In this document: piece by piece, positions 60,125 through 64,000 of the stretch
Layout of the letters: each line of letters begins with the position of its first letter
Numbering within the stretch: position 1 is the first letter of the stretch
Assembly (NCBI GenBank): GCA_964640155.1
Contig: CAZXEQ010000002.1
Location: 322,342-386,341, forward strand
DNA length: 64,000 bases
Direction: 5' to 3'
Source of the DNA: an uncultured bacterium
Lineage (GTDB): Bacteria; Auribacterota; JACPWU01
Made by a program: the position numbers and the translations under genes
Notes under the pieces: model-generated
Told to the model about the DNA's origin: nothing
The model's input: only the letters and a program-made list of their open reading frames with translations
Database searches by the model: none

Positions 60125-62194
60125 ATGGCAAGAGAATACCCTTTAGAAAAAACAAGAAATATTGGAATTTCTGCGCATATTGATGCAGGTAAAACCACGA
60201 CGACAGAACGTATCCTCTTTTATACTGGAAAAGTTCATAAAATTGGAGAAGTTCATGATGGTGCAGCTACCATGGATTGGATGCCTCAGGAGCAAGAACG
60301 AGGTATTACGATTACGGCTGCTTGTACAACCTGCTTTTGGAGAGGAATGCGTGTTAATATTATTGATACGCCAGGACATGTGGACTTCACGATGGAAGTT
60401 GAAAGATCTTTGCGTGTTTTGGATGGAGCTGTGATTGTTTTTTGTGGCGTTGGAGGTGTAGAGCCTCAATCTGAAACGGTTTGGCGTCAGGCGGAACGTT
60501 ATGTCGTTCCACGTATTACTTTTGTTAACAAAATGGATCGTATTGGTGCAGATTTTTTTACTGCAGTAGCTGAGATGAAAGAAAAATTAGGAGCGCATGC
60601 TGTTCCTATTCAAATTCCCTTGGGATCCGAAGACCAATTAAAAGGCGTGATTGATCTTGTTAAAATGAAGGCCATTGTTTTTGATGAAGAATCAAAAGGT
60701 CAAAAATTTGAAGAAGTTGAAATCCCAGCAGAGTATGCAGAAAAGGCTAAAGAATGGCATCACAAGTTGATTGAAGGTTTGGCTGAAAACGACGAAGCTA
60801 TTTTAGAACAGTTCATTGAAGGAAAAGAGCCAACGATTCCAGAGATCAAAGCATCGATTCGAAAAAGTTGTATTGCTGTAAAATTATTTCCAGTAGTGTG
60901 TGGCTCTGCTTTTAAAAACAAAGGTGTTCAGCAAATGTTGGATGCTGTCATTGACTATCTTCCAAGTCCCTTGGATAAACCTCCTGTCATAGGGAAAGAT
61001 CCTGTGACGCATGCAGAAATAGAAAGAAGTACTGGGGATGAAAAACCTCTCTCTGCTTTGGCTTTTAAAATTATGAGTGATCCCTTTGTAGGAAAATTAA
61101 CTTATTTTAGAGTTTATTCAGGCGTTCTTTCCAAAGGTTCTTATGTTTATAACAGTGTAACAGGTCGTAAAGAAAGAATTGGAAGACTTTTAAGAATGCA
61201 TGCGAATCATCGCGAAGACATCGATGAGGTTGGTTCTGGAGATATTGCAGCTGCGGTGGGTATTAAAGAAACACTGACAGGTCAGACTATTTGTGATGAA
61301 GAAAATCAGGTTATTTTAGAATCGATGCATTTCCCAGAACCTGTTATTTCTATGGCCATTGAGCCAAAGACGCAAGCGGATCGCGACAAGCTTTCTATTG
61401 CTTTAGGACGTTTATCTGAAGAAGATCCAACTTTTAGGGTGACTTCGAATCCAGAAACAGGTCAAACCATTATCAGTGGAATGGGAGAGCTTCATTTGGA
61501 TGTTTTAAGAGACAGAATGTTTAGAGAATTTAAGGTTGAGGCCAATGTTGGCGCTCCTCAAGTCGCTTATCGTGAAACCATTGAGAAGCCTGCAGAAGCT
61601 GAAGGAAAATATATTCGACAAACGGGAGGTCGTGGACAGTATGGACATGTCTATGTTGAAATTGAACCTCTTGAGCGTGGCAAGGGTCTTGAATTTGTTG
61701 ACAAAATTGTAGGAGGCGTTGTTCCTCGAGAATATATTTCTTCCGTTGAGACCGGTATCGTCAACGCTGCAAAAGGCGGAATTCTTGGTGGATATCCAGT
61801 GGTAGACCTTCAAGTAAGATTGGTGGATGGTTCTTATCATGAAGTGGATTCGTCAGATATTGCATTCCAAATTGCAGGTTCATACGCTTTTAAAGATGCA
61901 GTCAAAAAGGCATCCCCGATTCTTCTAGAACCCATTATGAAAGTAGATGTGCTTACGCCTGAAGATTATATGGGAGATATTATTGGAGATTTAAACTCCA
62001 GACGTGGACGTATCAATGATATTGAAACTCGTACGAAGAGCAAAGTAGTTCATGCGGATGTTCCTTTGTCTGAAATGTTCGGATATGCGACAGCAATACG
62101 GTCCTTGACAAAGGGACGTGCAAGTTATTCAATGGAGCCCAGTCATTTTGAAAAGGTTCCCAGAAATATTTCTGAAAAGGTGTTAGCAAAATAA
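60125..62194 (+). CDS. fusA: elongation factor G
   Basis: [13 protein letters not shown]1 motif and five-domain EF-G architecture; start set at ATG (MAREYP) rather than the upstream TTG used by the ORF track. Confidence 0.95.
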   Translation: MAREYPLEKTRNIGISAHIDAGKTTTTERILFYTGKVHKIGEVHDGAATMDWMPQEQERGITITAACTTCFWRGMRVNIIDTPGHVDFTMEVERSLRVLDGAVIVFCGVGGVEPQSETVWRQAERYVVPRITFVNKMDRIGADFFTAVAEMKEKLGAHAVPIQIPLGSEDQLKGVIDLVKMKAIVFDEESKGQKFEEVEIPAEYAEKAKEWHHKLIEGLAENDEAILEQFIEGKEPTIPEIKASIRKSCIAVKLFPVVCGSAFKNKGVQQMLDAVIDYLPSPLDKPPVIGKDPVTHAEIERSTGDEKPLSALAFKIMSDPFVGKLTYFRVYSGVLSKGSYVYNSVTGRKERIGRLLRMHANHREDIDEVGSGDIAAAVGIKETLTGQTICDEENQVILESMHFPEPVISMAIEPKTQADRDKLSIALGRLSEEDPTFRVTSNPETGQTIISGMGELHLDVLRDRMFREFKVEANVGAPQVAYRETIEKPAEAEGKYIRQTGGRGQYGHVYVEIEPLERGKGLEFVDKIVGGVVPREYISSVETGIVNAAKGGILGGYPVVDLQVRLVDGSYHEVDSSDIAFQIAGSYAFKDAVKKASPILLEPIMKVDVLTPEDYMGDIIGDLNSRRGRINDIETRTKSKVVHADVPLSEMFGYATAIRSLTKGRASYSMEPSHFEKVPRNISEKVLAK

Positions 62195-62230
62195 ATTTTG
62201 ATTTAAATTTTTAATCATAGGAGACAATCC

Positions 62231-63427
62231 ATGGCTAAGGAAAAATTTGAGAGAAAGAAACCACATGTAAACGTGGGAACGATTGGACACGTAGATCATG
62301 GTAAAACGACATTGACCGCAGCATTGACCAAAGTACTGTCAAAGAAGGGTCAAGCCAAAGAAATCACCTATGCCGACATCGCCAAAGGCGGAGTCGTGCG
62401 AGATGACTCAAAGATTGTAACCATTGCCGTATCACACGTAGAATACGAAAGCACCAATCGACACTATGCGCATATCGATTGTCCAGGACATGCCGACTAT
62501 GTCAAAAACATGATCACTGGAGCAGCCCAAATGGATGGAGCCATTCTAGTGGTAAGTGCAACTGATGGACCCATGCCCCAAACAAGAGAACACATCTTAT
62601 TGGCAAGGCAAGTCGGAGTACCTAACATCGTCGTATTCTTAAACAAATGTGACACCGTAGATGATCCAGAACTATTAGACCTCGTAGAACTAGAAGTAAG
62701 AGAACTATTAACACAATATCAATTCCCCGGAGACAAAACTCCTATCGTCAGAGGAAGCGCATTAAAAGCACTACAGGGAGACACGAGCGAACTGGGAGAG
62801 CCATCCATTGCTAAACTACTAGAAGCATTGGACAGCTACATTCCAGAACCCAAAAGAGAAATCGACAAACCCTTCCTCATGCCCGTAGAAGACGTATTCA
62901 GCATCACTGGAAGAGGAACCGTAGCAACGGGAAGAATTGAAAGAGGCATCGTAAAAGTAGGAGAAACCCTAGAAGTCGTAGGACTCAAACCCACTAAAAA
63001 CGTCGTCGTCACTGGAGTAGAAATGTTCCGAAAAGAACTAGACCAGGGACAAGCAGGAGACAACGTAGGAGCCTTGCTTAGAGGAGCAGAAAAAGACGAC
63101 ATCGAAAGAGGACAAGTCTTAGCGGCACCCGGAAGCATCAAGCCGCATACCAAATTCAAAGCAGAAGTCTATGTCTTGAGCAAAGAAGAAGGAGGAAGGC
63201 ACACACCCTTCTTCAATGGATACAGACCTCAATTCTACTTCAGAACAACGGATGTGACTGGAGTGGCGAACCTAGCAGGTGGAATAGAAATGGTAATGCC
63301 TGGAGACAACACGGCATTAGAAGTAGAGTTGATCAGTCCAATTGCAATGGACAAGGGCTTAAGATTTGCAATCCGAGAGGGAGGCAAGACCATCGGAGCA
63401 GGTAGAGTTACTGATATTATTGCGTAA
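62231..63427 (+). CDS. tuf: elongation factor Tu (copy 2)
   Basis: Identical in nucleotide sequence to 46476-47672 as far as I can read it; canonical fusA-tuf-rpsJ position. Confidence 0.95.
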   Translation: MAKEKFERKKPHVNVGTIGHVDHGKTTLTAALTKVLSKKGQAKEITYADIAKGGVVRDDSKIVTIAVSHVEYESTNRHYAHIDCPGHADYVKNMITGAAQMDGAILVVSATDGPMPQTREHILLARQVGVPNIVVFLNKCDTVDDPELLDLVELEVRELLTQYQFPGDKTPIVRGSALKALQGDTSELGEPSIAKLLEALDSYIPEPKREIDKPFLMPVEDVFSITGRGTVATGRIERGIVKVGETLEVVGLKPTKNVVVTGVEMFRKELDQGQAGDNVGALLRGAEKDDIERGQVLAAPGSIKPHTKFKAEVYVLSKEEGGRHTPFFNGYRPQFYFRTTDVTGVANLAGGIEMVMPGDNTALEVELISPIAMDKGLRFAIREGGKTIGAGRVTDIIA

Positions 63428-63499
63428 AAAAGTTTACGATTTTCAGTGTAAAATTCACAGCAAATGGTAGACTGCTAACTTAAAAGTTATAGGGAAGTC

Positions 63500-63802
63500 A
63501 TGCAAAGGATTAGAATTAAGCTTAGAGGATATGATCAAAGAGTTTTAGATCAATCAACAACTGAGATTGTAGATACGGCAAAGAGAACGGGTGCTTCTAT
63601 TAAAGGCCCCATTCCGTTACCTACTCAGATCGAGAGATTTACTGTTTTAAGATCTCCTCATGTGGATAAAAAATCTAGAGAACAGTTTGAGATTCGAACG
63701 CATAAACGGCTTTTGGATATTGTAGATCCGACGGCAAAAACAATTGATGAGTTGAAAAGGTTGAATTTGCCAGCCGGAGTTGATATCAATATTAAGCTCT
63801 AA
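63500..63802 (+). CDS. rpsJ: 30S ribosomal protein S10
   Basis: [12 protein letters not shown]...[14 protein letters not shown]10 signature. Confidence 0.95.
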   Translation: MQRIRIKLRGYDQRVLDQSTTEIVDTAKRTGASIKGPIPLPTQIERFTVLRSPHVDKKSREQFEIRTHKRLLDIVDPTAKTIDELKRLNLPAGVDINIKL

Positions 63803-63891
63803 AAATCGAAAAAAAATAAAAACTCTTGAATTAAATCTCAAGAGAAGCTATTCTTTTTTGCTTTTTAGGGAACTTTTTAAGGGGATTAAAA

Positions 63892-64000
63892 ATGTCGATC
63901 GGTATGTTGGGTAAAAAAGTAGGTATGACAAGAATATTCAATGAAGCAGGTAAGGCTATTCCTGTGACAGTGATTGAAGCAGGTCCTTGTAAAGTTACAC
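63892..64000 (+). CDS. rplC: 50S ribosomal protein L3 (3'-truncated at window edge)
   Basis: ATG at 63892 then [33 protein letters not shown], typical L3 N-terminus; runs off the window. Confidence 0.8.
   Translation, partial: MSIGMLGKKVGMTRIFNEAGKAIPVTVIEAGPCKVT

Noticed and set aside
1-64000. Transposases, integrases, prophage genes or rRNA operons
   Set aside because: No ORF showed recombinase or transposase motifs and no rRNA-like conserved stretches were seen; the repeat elements appear non-autonomous.

Overview
64 kb bacterial chromosomal window, mostly + strand coding, low-to-moderate GC, Gram-negative-type content (outer-membrane beta-barrel, periplasmic A2M/PBP1C). I cannot name the organism from sequence alone. 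The 3' third (46-64 kb) is the conserved translation/transcription supercluster: tRNA-Tyr/Gly/Thr, tuf, rpmG, tRNA-Trp, secE, nusG, rplKAJL, rpoBC, rpsLG, an L36-like small ORF, fusA, a second tuf, rpsJ and the start of rplC. The two tuf copies are nucleotide-identical. The 5' two-thirds carry housekeeping genes (Ada/Ogt-like, tadA, dnaX-recR, ftsH, folP, cdaA-cdaR-glmM, pdxJ, acpS, nnr, greA, rmuC), an alpha-2-macroglobulin/PBP1C operon, a P-loop kinase/dCMP-deaminase fusion, a sigma-54-type activator and several small secreted or membrane proteins. Ten tRNA genes are present; I found no rRNA, CRISPR array or transposase. The most unusual signals are: (1) seven copies of a ~120-150 bp GC-rich palindromic element, two of them inserted in frame inside pbpC and the A2M gene (reminiscent of Rickettsia palindromic elements); (2) four short elements just downstream of tRNA genes, each ending in a duplicate of that tRNA's 3' end; (3) tuf codon usage that differs sharply from the adjacent fusA/rpsL/rpoB; (4) a sigma-54 activator with an in-frame loss of the Walker B region. 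Coordinates of tRNAs, repeats and revised starts were counted by hand and may be off by a few bases; all product calls are from motif recognition, not database searches.
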